Shown: in pieces, positions 26,221 through 37,387 of the stretch | Position numbering within the stretch: position 1 is the first letter of the stretch | How the letters are laid out: each line of letters starts with the position of its first letter | Assembly: GCA_951406725.2 (NCBI GenBank) | Contig: OX597820.1 | Coordinates: forward strand, 54,746,001-54,810,000 | Source of the DNA: Octopus vulgaris | Taxonomy: Eukaryota | DNA: 64,000 nucleotides | Direction: 5' to 3' | Position numbers and translations under genes: made by a program | Notes under the pieces: model-generated | Seen by the model: the letters and a program-made list of their open reading frames with translations, nothing else | The model's database searches: none | What the model was told of the DNA's origin: nothing

Positions 26221-26959
26221 AGATCTTTCAAGACATTCTCACCACCCATCTCTTTAACTGCTGCTGTAATTAAATGTGAGAACTACACACTTCATTAGTA
26301 TCTTCCTCATATCTATTCTTACTTCCTGGAACCATTTCACTTGTTATCAATTCCTTCTTTCTTAACACTGTCCTTTCCATCACTTTTTATATTGATCACT
26401 CTCAACCATGCCTCCTCTCTCATTCGCTTATCCTCTGTACCATGATTACTATTCTGCTGCTCCTTCTCCCTCCTTTTTCTGCACTGTCAATTCTCTCCCA
26501 CTCTTCCAGCTTATATGTATCATGCTTGATGAGATCATTGCAAAGAGCTTCAGGGTTTGTAACGTAGAAGTTTGGGCAATGCAAAGTATGAAGAAATGTG
26601 GCAAAATATTTTTGCTCTTTGCAAAGATAAACATTAGTAAAAACTCTTAATAATGTAGGAAAATACATTGTCTTAGTAATTCTGCACCAGTCGAACAAGT
26701 GTTTTCTGTAATAATGTGTTGTTCGTTGAAAGGGACAGTATGGCAGAAGCTATAGTCAGGGGCCTTCAGGTGACTACAATAACATGCCACTAAGTTGCTC
26801 AAACATTTTTTTTGCAAGATTAAAAATGCCAATGAATTTCTTAGAAAAATATCAAAGAATCAGTAAGTAAATGAAATACTACTTGACAATAAAGACAGGT
26901 TTAATTTGATTTATTTTTTTAATGTCACTGTTTTACTTGCCTATATCTTACATGCTTGA

Positions 26960-27002
26960 TTGTCCCCTCTATGTTTAGCCCCTTGTGGGTAATAAAGAAA
27001 CA
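26960..27002 (+). mobile_element. Extremely 5'-truncated SINE (43 bp) with 18-bp TSD
   Basis: TATATCTTACATGCTTGA at 26942-26959 and 27003-27020 flanks the 3' tip (GTTTAGCCCCTTGTGGG...AAAGAAA) of the SINE family seen at 9947-10184. Confidence 0.85.
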
Positions 27003-27268
27003 TATATCTTACATGCTTGAGCTGTCAAGGATAATTGTTTTACACATTTTCTTTTTTCAGTATCTATCTCTCTGCACCTTAACCTAACACTTAACTTTCT
27101 TAGTGATAAAGATAGATTATACATTTTACTAGTTTACATGTCACTTCAGCCCTTGTTAGGAATCTCCTTCGAGAAGAAAATATAATTAATACACTTGCTA
27201 TAAAAATCTGTTTACCTCTAGTTGGTAGGGAGAAGAGACTTGTTCTCCTTTAGTACCCACCCCACATG

Positions 27269-27549
27269 CTATGGCCCTTCCAACCTTATGTGATATTCTC
27301 TCTGGTCCTAATTTCAACTCTGAAAATTATGGCAAGCATTATAATATTGACCAGACCATCAAATGTTGTCATATACCGCTGGTCACAATATGCTTTGTAT
27401 TGACTTAACTTTTAGAAGAATAGTGTTGACAGTGACTTTGAAGTTTCAATTTGCTTAGCCGTCATCAGACTGTAGTATATTTGAGTTCATCTTGGTAAAT
27501 TTACTTTCCTTGGGGTTGGAGCTTTGTCGGATGATAATTAGGTTGGAGG
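27269..27549. repeat. 281-bp direct repeat, copy B (downstream of METAP1)
   Basis: Matches 24027-24307 at a constant offset of 3242 bp. Confidence 0.93.
27429..27473 (-). ncRNA. Minimal type-I hammerhead ribozyme motif (copy B)
   Basis: Identical to the motif at 24187-24231. Confidence 0.65.
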
Positions 27550-28695
27550 ATGAACTCTGATAGAAAGATGTTATAGATTTTTATTGATTTAAAATTGGAG
27601 TTGTTTTATTGTTCAGAATAAAACTTTTGTAATCAGGTGTGTCATCTTATATATTATTGTTGATGGCTGTTGACTGGGTAATGCAACAATCTACACAAAT
27701 TGTAGAACACAAGTATAGTGTTGGCACAAGACAAGATGCTAGAGCATTGAGATTTTATAGTTAACATTTGGCTGATATCTCAGAATTTTCAAGACAAGTA
27801 GAAAAAGACAGTCTAACAGAAATAGCAGTAAAAACTAGACTGAAGGTTAACATTGAAATATTGTGTGTTGGTGATTAATGCTATGCTATGTTGTGATAAA
27901 AAGTGTCCAATCCGTGGTAATACAGTCTTTTCTGCAGATATAATGCATCTAGGATTACATTAGTCTACCCTCTTTTTTTTTTTCAAGATGCATAGGTATG
28001 TTTTACTGCCATTTCTAGCAGGTCAGGGGACCACAAAAGTGCTCATTATAATGAAGAACTTTCATAGTTGGATTATAGGGCCAACATTCAAACCTCTTTC
28101 TCTTCAAGGAGAGACTTTTTTTTTCCCCACAGAGCATCAATGAACTCAGCATTGTGAGCAAACAAAACAAACACTCATAAGCTTCACAGTGCTACCACTG
28201 CTTACTGCAGTAAACTGTACATAGACTCTGCTGTTTAATGTCTTTGTCAAGGATTTAACACATCACTCCAGCAATTTTTGGCCAACTGTCCAGCACAATA
28301 GCAATTCAGATAGATATAACCAAGACAAAACCAGAAAGTTTTTTTGTTTTTTTTTGATAAGATTCCAATATACTCTCCAATTAAAGGCTCCATTCTACTT
28401 AAAGTTTATTTTTTATCCAATCATACATTATTTAAAGAACTTGTTTGTGCAATACAATAATTAACCTTTAATTGTGTGTGTGCGTGAATTCACATAGCAT
28501 AGTTTGTCATATCACTTAAGTGACAGTCGTAAACTAAAAACAAGCTACATCCGATGTGTTGTACTTCTAAACTATTTCCATTCTGGGAAAATATGAGATG
28601 AGAATCTTATTGATTTCTCAGAATAGTTTTGTAAATAAAGGAATGAAATACATTATGCCAACTTACAATTAATGCATATGCATGTATTTAATATT

Positions 28696-28900
28696 CTTTT
28701 CTACTCTAGGCACAAGGCCCGAAATTTTGGAGGAGGGGGCCAATCGATTAGATCAACCCCAGTATGAAACTGGTACTTAATTTATCGATCCCGAAAGGAT
28801 GAAAGGCAAAGTTAACCTCAGCGGAATTTGAACTCAGAACGTAAAGACAGATGAAATACTGCTAAGCATTTTGCCCGGCGTTCTAACGTTTCTGCCAGCT
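28696..28900 (-). mobile_element. SINE with 17-bp TSD
   Basis: TGCATGTATTTAATATT at 28679-28695 and 28901-28917. Confidence 0.85.
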
Positions 28901-29349
28901 TGCATGTATTTAATATTAATCAATATACTTCACTACAGAGTATACTATATATCATTGCCACCACCATACTAGTATGGGTTGGATGGTTTGAAAGAATCTG
29001 GTAAGCCCCAGACTATATCCAATATTTTTTTTTTTTTTTTTCCTATAAAGCATCACTGAACTCTATTATTGTGGAAGTTGTAAAGATAATTTATGGTCAC
29101 CTTTGTGTGATCCATGGCTTGCAACATGGATTCTTGTGCTTGCAACACTTCATCAACCAAGAGGTGGAAGCTTCAGTGATGGAGTTTTTCACATCGAAGG
29201 ACAGGGACTGATAGCAACATGGGATCAAAGAACTGACAGAAAGGAGGCTTCAGACAGTCCAACATGATGGCCTCTGCTTTGAATGTTAAGCTGCTTTTGA
29301 TACAATTTGATGAATAAAGCTAAGATACCAGAATATTGCAAAACATGTG

Positions 29350-30160
29350 GGTGGTCTGATCAATAAGTATCTGGACTGTTGCAATAGTAACAAAGCTAAA
29401 GCACGCAGAGTGAAGCTACTAGACACAGTGACCTTGAACTCGCAGTGCTTGGGAGGAAGGTGTGTAGTGTGTGATCATTGCATTGAGCAGAAAATCTGCA
29501 TCAAATTTTGCCAAAAGCTTGGTGATACCTGCTCAGAGGCCTATGCAAAGTTTCCAAAAAGTTTTCATTATACTTGACACAATCAAGATCTTGTGCAACT
29601 GAAACCCCGAGTGTCTGTTTGGTCAGCTGAAAGCAGTTTTGGCACAAACTTGACAGACACATATCTCATAGCCAAATCTTCAGTGATAATGGACTGAACT
29701 GTAACTAATCTGCACATACTTTGATAACTCATGGATGGTGATTCAATGATCTCTCCTCACAGCTGCATGCACATCTGTGATGTTTTTCTCAGTTCTGCTG
29801 GTTATGGGTCTCCCAGAATGTTCATCAACATCAACATCTTTTCAGCCTTCTTGGAAACATCTGAACCATTCGTACATATGTACAGCTTATTCACTCCTAT
29901 CTATACACTTTCTGCAACTTTGCATAAAGATCTAAGCAGTTATCGCCATGACAACTTTCTTTGTCAGGGTCAATGCAATGATCACACACTACACATGTTC
30001 CTTCCAAGCACTGCTGTAAACAGCAGAAGTGAGCTAGAACGTTCAAAACTTAGTCTGCATGCACAGCAGAATTCAAGGTCAATCTTTGCCAAGCAGCTTC
30101 ACTGTGTGCTTTAGGTTCGTTATTATGGCAACAGTCTGGATACTTATTGATCAGACCTTG
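29350..30160. mobile_element. Rearranged mariner derivative (two inward-facing 5' ends)
   Basis: Inverted termini GGTCTGATCAATAAGTATC...GATACTTATTGATCAGACC with TA at 30161. The + strand reads EQKICIKFCQKLGDTCSEAYAK; the - strand reads YEWFRCF..DEHSGRPITS..EDLAMRYVSVKFVPKLLS. Confidence 0.8.
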
Positions 30161-30164
30161 TATA

Positions 30165-30295
30165 CATGTGAAAGGGATAGACCCAGGAAGACGTGGGTCG
30201 AAGTAGTGAGAAAGGATCTTCTGACATTGAGCCTCACAGAGAGGATGACGGGACTCAAACTCCTAGGCATTTGCTGTGCTTGAGAAGACATGCTA
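30165..30295 (+). mobile_element. RTE LINE C-terminal fragment
   Basis: RDRPRKTWVEVVRKDLLTLSLTERMT, typical of the RTE ORF end. Confidence 0.65.
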
Positions 30296-30654
30296 GGTAA
30301 AATTGTGGCTTTTCTTGCATACAAACATAGCATCTGTTATAAAGTAGTTGCCATTAGCAGGTCCTGCAAAATCTATGTGCACTCAAGATCATGGTGCTTT
30401 TGGAACTGACCAAGGAGTGCTTATGTAAATAGGTAATTTTGAGGCTTTTGCACATTTTGAACATGTTTGCACAAGAGACTCCCTGCATCTCTCTCCAGCT
30501 GAGCATTCTTAGTCTTGCAGTGCTGGTGCCATGTAAATGCATTTGTGCCTGTGCTGCAAAAAGCACCCAAAATACTCTGTAACAGCTGTAGAAGCCATGC
30601 CAAAACAGACATGGAGCATGGGCAGCTCTTCAGCTGGCCAACTCTAGTCAAACC

Positions 30655-30882
30655 TATTTCTTTACTACCCACAAGGGGCTAAACACAGAGGGAACAAACA
30701 AGGACAGACAAACAGATTAAGTCGATTACATCAACCCCAGTGTGCAACTGGTACTTATTTTATCGACCCCAAAAGGATGAAAGGCAAAGTCGACCTCGGC
30801 GGAATTTGAACTGAGACCATAACAGCAGACGAAATACGGCTACGCATTTCGCCCGGCATGCTAACGATTCTGCCAGCTCGCC
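30655..30882 (-). mobile_element. SINE nested within another retroelement tail
   Basis: Reverse copy of the 9947 family flanked by a GTCAAACC duplication; it interrupts a GTCAAACCATCCAACCCATGCCAGCATGG tail. Confidence 0.75.
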
Positions 30883-33531
30883 GTCAAACCATCCAACCCA
30901 TGCCAGCATGGAAAACGAACATTAAATGATGATACATACATATATATACTAGTATGTAAGTAATTATAGGGATTATATGTACATGAGTACACATTTACAT
31001 TTATCTTATAATTTAATACGATAATTAAATTTTTACCCTTAAAAATTTTAATTTTAAACTAGCAATATATCAAATTTAAAAAAAGAAAAAAGTAGTTCAG
31101 TTCGGCAACCCTATCTTGAGGCTAAACAATAACGACAACAATTGCAGGGACTAATACAGCAATCTCCCTGAGGCTGATTCATGATTGATTAAATTAGAAA
31201 GAAATCTGTAAATTAATTGGGTCAATTTATAAGATCATTATGTTATATAATCGTTATTGTAAGTCATAATGATTAGTAGTAATGGTATGGTTGGCTAATG
31301 TTGTTGATGGTGATGGTGATGGTGGTGTTATGATAGTGATGTGGTGCGTAGGGAAAAATGTTCTGAAGCAATATTATAATGGAATTGATACAGTGGAGCA
31401 ATGTTTGTGATGGCATTGTGACAATGAGGTAGTATAAAGGAAATGATGTTGTGACGTTAGTTATGATGAGGAGGAGATGATAATGTATGATAGGAATTAT
31501 GTTAATTCAGGTCAACCCTGACACAACTAAACAGACCAGTGATGAAAGGTGTTCAAATTGTGGTTAATCTGCCTTTTGGTAAATGCAATTGTGGCATTAT
31601 TAACCCTTTAGCATTTAAACTGGCCAAAATATTCTACCCATTTTATGAACAAAGTGGCTATATCTGGCCTCTCACACCAACCCTTCAATGTCATTCTAAA
31701 AATTAAGTTACCTCATCAAAATATCAAAGCTATAAGATAATGCATGATTAATTTAAAACAATATGAATAAATTGACTGAATAACGTAAATGCTAAATAAA
31801 ATAGCCATCTATGTATTATAATGTATATACACCATTGATAGGGCAGTTACTGAGGTATTTGTCCTGAGGTAACATCTCTTGGTAATGAATTCTCATCAAA
31901 GCATGTGACCATCTGTGAGTACAAGTTATTGAAAGGTCCCAAAAAGTTCAAGTGCATCTGGCATTCTTGCAAGCCACCACTGGAATGATTTGTGTTTTTA
32001 ACACTGCATGTCCTTAATAGATGTTATCTCAGGGTGAATACCACAGTAACTATTCTATCAACACAGCATATATATTAAGTATAATACCTAGATGGCCATT
32101 TCATTTTCTTCCTTCTGTAAGGTACACTTTATCCCAAACTACATTAAGGCCCAAACACATCTCCCTCCCTTTCTATAATGGTGTAGGGTGTAATTTAAGA
32201 GGATTTAGTTACTATTTCTAGGAGGTCAAGTGATCACATACAGACCCTCCTCTTTGGCTTGTGTTGAAGTTATATTGGTCATGATGGTTGTTATTGCTTA
32301 ATGCCATTTCAATCCTGAGCAACTGAACTACATGTGACACATGAGTCTCAGGTTGCATGTTTCTAGTATCGATGGTAGTGGTAGCAGTGGTGGTACAGTA
32401 TGACTGCTGACTTACTTAAACAATGTGAACAGTTGACAAATTCTCATCTAAATATACCAAACTAAAAATAGCAAGTTCTACAAATAAAAAAACCATAAAA
32501 GCTATTACTTGTTAATTAACAGAAGTTATATTTAGTACATCACTGGTTATTAGTGGATAATGATTCTTTCTTCTTTTTAATCTTAAATTTGTGTGTAGCC
32601 TTCTTATTTTGTTTAATGCTTACACCTGGAGAGAGGGGGTGTGGTGTGCCTATAGTCTGCAAAGAGTTTGATATCATTACTGTTCCTCCTGAATTCTTGC
32701 AAGTGAATAGCTGTAAAAAAAAAACACTGAAATCTTTCCTAGATCTAAAGAGACAGGCCTGTCCTTGATATGTAGTCTTTGCTGCATTGAGGACATGCAT
32801 TCACCAGAACATCCACAACAACTGAGAGAGACCTAAGATTTGAAGCAATCACAAGAGATTTGGTTATGTACTGTTCATACTAAGGGATGTGATAATGCTT
32901 TATTGAGGTGAACTGATTGTGCTTTTTTTGCCACTGAAAGAAACAAGATTAGCATGACCTCATTGGAGAATGTTTTTGAGTGTACTCAGATTAATGCTCT
33001 TCAAACCATGTATGGTTGGGTGTAAACATTTACATAGATATACACATACACAGAAACACAGATATGGTTTGAAGAACATTGAGCTGAGAGCACTCAACAC
33101 AACATAACAAATACCATGCATGAATCTGACTGCACAAGTGCAGAATAAAACTTAAATAAATTGGAATAGAGATCCTTCGGTAAGCAGACTACTATGTTCT
33201 TTTCAGGGGTTATAACCCCTAATGATGTTTTAGAACAAATGTACAATTATATATATAAATGGATGTATGATGATGATATATATGTGTAGTGCCCATGGTT
33301 TTTTTTTTTACCTTTTCTTTGTACTTTTTTCTGTTTTGCAACTTATTTGGCAACTCACTAACATTGGTATACAAAAATAGACACCCAGTACACACTGTAA
33401 AGTGGTTGGCATTAAAAAGAGTATCAACCATAGAGACCATGTCAAAGCTGACACTGGAATTTTCTGGAACCTGTCAAAATGTCCAACCCATGCCAGCATA
33501 GGGAAAATGGAAGTTAAATGATGATGATGAC

Positions 33532-33576
<45 letters not shown>

Positions 33577-33619
33577 GGCACACTTCATAAATATATTACA
33601 ATTTAAAAAACAAAACAAT

Positions 33620-33685
33620 TTTATTAAATTTTTTCACAATTGAAAATTTTGTTTAAAAAAAGAGACAAACAAAATCAAATTTATT
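33620..33685 (-). promoter_or_regulatory. Candidate poly(A) signals of the ASB gene
   Basis: AATAAA on the minus strand at 33680-33685 and 33620-33625, about 120-180 nt after the stop. Confidence 0.45.
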
Positions 33686-33802
33686 TGAAGTTCAGTATCT
33701 TTGTGTATCACACAAACTCACCTCTCACTGATTTCCCCATCTATATAGAGCAAAAGGTTTGAGTATGTTCAGATGTTGGCAGTGTTTTACATTAAGTGTA
33801 AT

Positions 33803-35012
33803 TCATTGTATGTCCATATAGTTGAGGTAATCCTGCAGTGTCTTGGGAATGGGAAGAAGATGAGTCCATTTCGCCACTGGTGCACACATTGACTGGCGAA
33901 TGATCAACCGACACAAGTGTGAGAGGGCGAGTGGTGTGGAGGCTACCTGCTGTAGCCACTCCTTTATCACAATGCTTTCTGTCTGTTTCGAAATAACCCC
34001 TGAATGCACTACTGACTGCAGTTCCGAAAGACTGATCCCACCGGCAAGAAACAGAACCTTTGTAAGTTCAAGATTCCCGTGGGACAGGGCTGCCCTAAAT
34101 GGAAGAGCTTTTGTCCATCTACCAGCTAATGCTGTACCCCCTTTAATTGTAGCATCCCCACCAGCATGAAGAAGTAACTTTATGACATCAGTACGGGCAT
34201 ACACAGCAGCTTCCATCAGAGGTGTGCTGCCATGAAAATCACATTTGTTGGGGTTACAACCAGCTGCCAGTAAAATTCTTACACATTCAACATGTCCCTT
34301 GTTTGCAGCATAATGCAATGATGTCTTCTTTGCATGACATGAGCAGTGGACATCACAATTGAAGTCTATAAGCATTTGTACAATTTCTGGACGGTTCTCC
34401 ATGGAGGCCTGCAAAAGTGGTGTGTAACCCCACATGTTTTGAGCATTGATGTCGGCACCAGAATTGATGAGATACTCTGTTAATTCCACAGTCCCATTCT
34501 TTGCAGCAGAGTGTAGTGAAGTTGCATTATCCAAATTGCTTGCATTGACATCTGCACCAGATTTAATTAACAGTTTGGTTATCTCAATGCTGTTGACCAT
34601 AACAGCCAAAATTAGAGGTGTGTCGCCATAGCGATTCTTCAAATTAACATCACTGCTGGTGCTCAAGAGTAGCTCAACCAGTTGTTTGTTTTGGTGGTAG
34701 GCAGCCATATGGAGAGCAGTTTGCCCACAATGACTGGCCAAGTTAATATTGCAGCCATAATTAATCAAAAGCTTGGCAACCTTGAGAAAATTTTTGGCAG
34801 AAGCTAATACCAGGCTGGAATCTCCATCTAAATCTACAGTGTCCACATCTGCTTCTGCATCCAATAGCAACTGTACACATTCATAATGACCAGAGTTTGC
34901 TGCTCTGATTAGTGCTTCATTTAAGTCATCAGTACAGAACTCTCCATGAAAGCCAGATAGAGCAACCTGCAGCAAGTCTGTATCATTTTTACCGGCAGCA
35001 TCTTTTATAAAA
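33803..35012 (-). CDS. Ankyrin repeat and SOCS box protein (ASB family), terminal coding exon
   Basis: Eight clear ankyrin repeats (e.g. GQTALHMAA, GDTPLILAV, GYTPLLQAS, GSTPLMEAA) plus degenerate caps, and a C-terminal SOCS box PLALSHLCRLIIRQ...LPIPKTLQDYL. The frame stays open up to the ttttcag acceptor at 35013-35015. Confidence 0.95.
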
Positions 35013-35192
35013 CTGAAAATAAAAGAAAAAAGGGAAACATTACAAAAACAAAACCATTGGTTTCTTATTGGTACAAGATTACAAATCTAGAGGAGAAGGA
35101 TGAGACCAGTATGTATACATTTAGTATGATACACAGATGGCAACTGAAATCAATGCTGTTTCAATTGCGTACATTGAGTTTTTACACACACA

Positions 35193-35227
<35 letters not shown>

Positions 35228-35531
35228 CACAAATGCATTCATAGAGATATCACTGACTTCTTGCTTCACATTATTTTCTCATCTCCTTCTCTGCTCATGA
35301 GAGGTAATAAGAAAAGTAAATGTGAAGCAGATGATTGTACTGACCTCATTCATCATGCAGGGACTGCTAAAGCTATAGATATCTTTCAAACACTTCAGAA
35401 CAGATAGTTAAAATAAATAAATACAAATTAAGTAGAGTAACTTCTACCATACAAGTTTACCAAAACAGACTTATGTAACATATTGAAACTATTCAGCTAT
35501 AACAATAACAAAGCAATGAATTAAGTCTTAC

Positions 35532-35597
35532 CTTCCCATGACCGATAACGAATTGTAAGATTCTGGGGTACATCTAAAACTACAGCGGCATTTATAC
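35532..35597 (-). CDS. ASB gene upstream exon (66 bp; contains in-frame ATG at 35539)
   Basis: tttctcaccag acceptor and gtaaga donor. Reads YKCRCSFRCTPESYNSLSVMG and joins in frame to SFIKDAAGKND. Confidence 0.7.
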
Positions 35598-37335
35598 CTG
35601 GTGAGAAAGAAATATTTAATAAAATATAGTGTAAAAATGTAATATATGAGAAAGTCTTAAAAATGAGATTAAAACAATATTTTACATATTTTTTTCAAAA
35701 AGAAACCCAGCACACTCTGTAAAATGGTTGGCATTAGGAAGGGCATCCAGGTATAGAAACCAAGCCACAACAGACAATTGGTGTCTGGACTGCTCCCCGA
35801 TTGGCCAGCTCCTGTCAACCTGTCCAACCCATGCCAGCATGAAAAGCAGATGTTAAACAATGATGATAATGATGGACAACTTCAACGTTTTATCAATATT
35901 TTACCAAATATCTATGAGTCTGTCATATCACATAACAACCTTACATTCACAAGTGACTTAGTAGAATCTTGTGACATTTCTTCTGAGTTCAAATCCTGCT
36001 GAGGTTTTTTTTTTTTCATACCACCAGGAACAATAAAGTACAGGGGTCAGTGTAATCAACTAACAACCTCCTCTCGAAATTGTTAGCCTTGTGCTTGAAT
36101 CGGAAACATTATTATAAAAAGAGGTTACTTTGCCTTTCATCCTTTCAGGGTCAATAAAATATGTACCTGTTAAGTACTGGGGGTTCATGTAATTGATGAA
36201 TTCCTTTCCCCAAAATTTTAGGCCTTTTGCCTAAAGTAGAAAGGATTACTACAAAACACTAAATTAGCAGAACCATTAGAACATTGGATAAAATACTTTA
36301 TGATAGTTAATTACAGACCTAAACATTCCAAGTTCAAATCCAGCCAAAGCCAACTTTACCTTCTATCTTATCAAAGTTAATAAAGTAAAATACTAATCAA
36401 GAATCAGCATTGACTGAGTCAACTAACTGACCTCCTGCCAAATTGCAAGCATTTTGCATAATTATAATATTATTATTATTAAATTCAATAGAACATGAAA
36501 CAACTTTGTGATATTTAGTTATGTTCCTTCTGCTCCAAGAAGAAAAAAAACATTTCGCCTTTTAACTGTCTAACCTCAATAAAATAAATACATCTCAAGT
36601 ACGTGGGTCAATTAAACTAACAACATTCATTTCCAAAATTCCCAGATCATATTTCTGATATATATATATGAAAAAAAAAAAAGAAAGAAACATCCTGTAT
36701 TTACGACTACATTATTCAATGTGTCCTTCCATTTTTTAAGATGACAGTGATTGAAAGAGACATGGCTTACATTTCTAACAAGTGAGACAATGACAAAGAG
36801 GTTCCCACTATTTTTACCCTGAACTTAAAATGAACTCTAGGAGGAGAATTAACAGATATTATAACCAAGAATGTGGTACAAGTGAATCTCCCAATCTTGT
36901 AAGAAACAACACATTCTAATAAGATGCAATTAGCCCAGTATAAAAAATTATAAAAATATGGCATAAATTTAAAAGAAATTTGCTGATATGATATAATAGT
37001 TGATGTATATTGTAAATGTGGATTTTACTTGTTGCCATGTCACTTTCACCTACCAAGGTAGGTTGAATACAATTATATTGATTACACAATTCATGGGCAT
37101 TGATTTCCTGTCTCAGAGATGAGTTTGTGCACCAGTTTGTCTCTGTAACTTAGAAGCTGCACAACTCTGATTAGAAAAAGAATTCTGAGATATACCTTCA
37201 TCTCCAACAGTTATAAAACCCAAGACATTTTACTCTTATTGCAATAATTACACTCTTCCCATAAACCCATCAGTATGCAGAAACCTTACATTTAAAATAA
37301 TATCAGTAATTTAATGTTTCTTTCGTATTCCTTAC

Positions 37336-37387
37336 CATTCACTAATGAAAGCATTGATGCAATATCAACTACATGGTAATTCCGTTC
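37336..37387 (-). other. Possible alternative ASB 5' exon (donor only well supported)
   Basis: Strong donor ATG|GTAAGG at 37336/37335; acceptor uncertain. Confidence 0.3.

Noticed and set aside
33900-34631. Plus-strand ORFs antisense to the ASB exon
   Set aside because: Shadow ORFs of a real coding exon, with no independent features.
35532-35539. N-myristoylation signal (MGSFIK) on the ASB protein, suggesting a functional link to neighbouring METAP1
   Set aside because: No Ser/Thr at position 6, the start codon is uncertain, and gene adjacency in animals does not imply a shared pathway.
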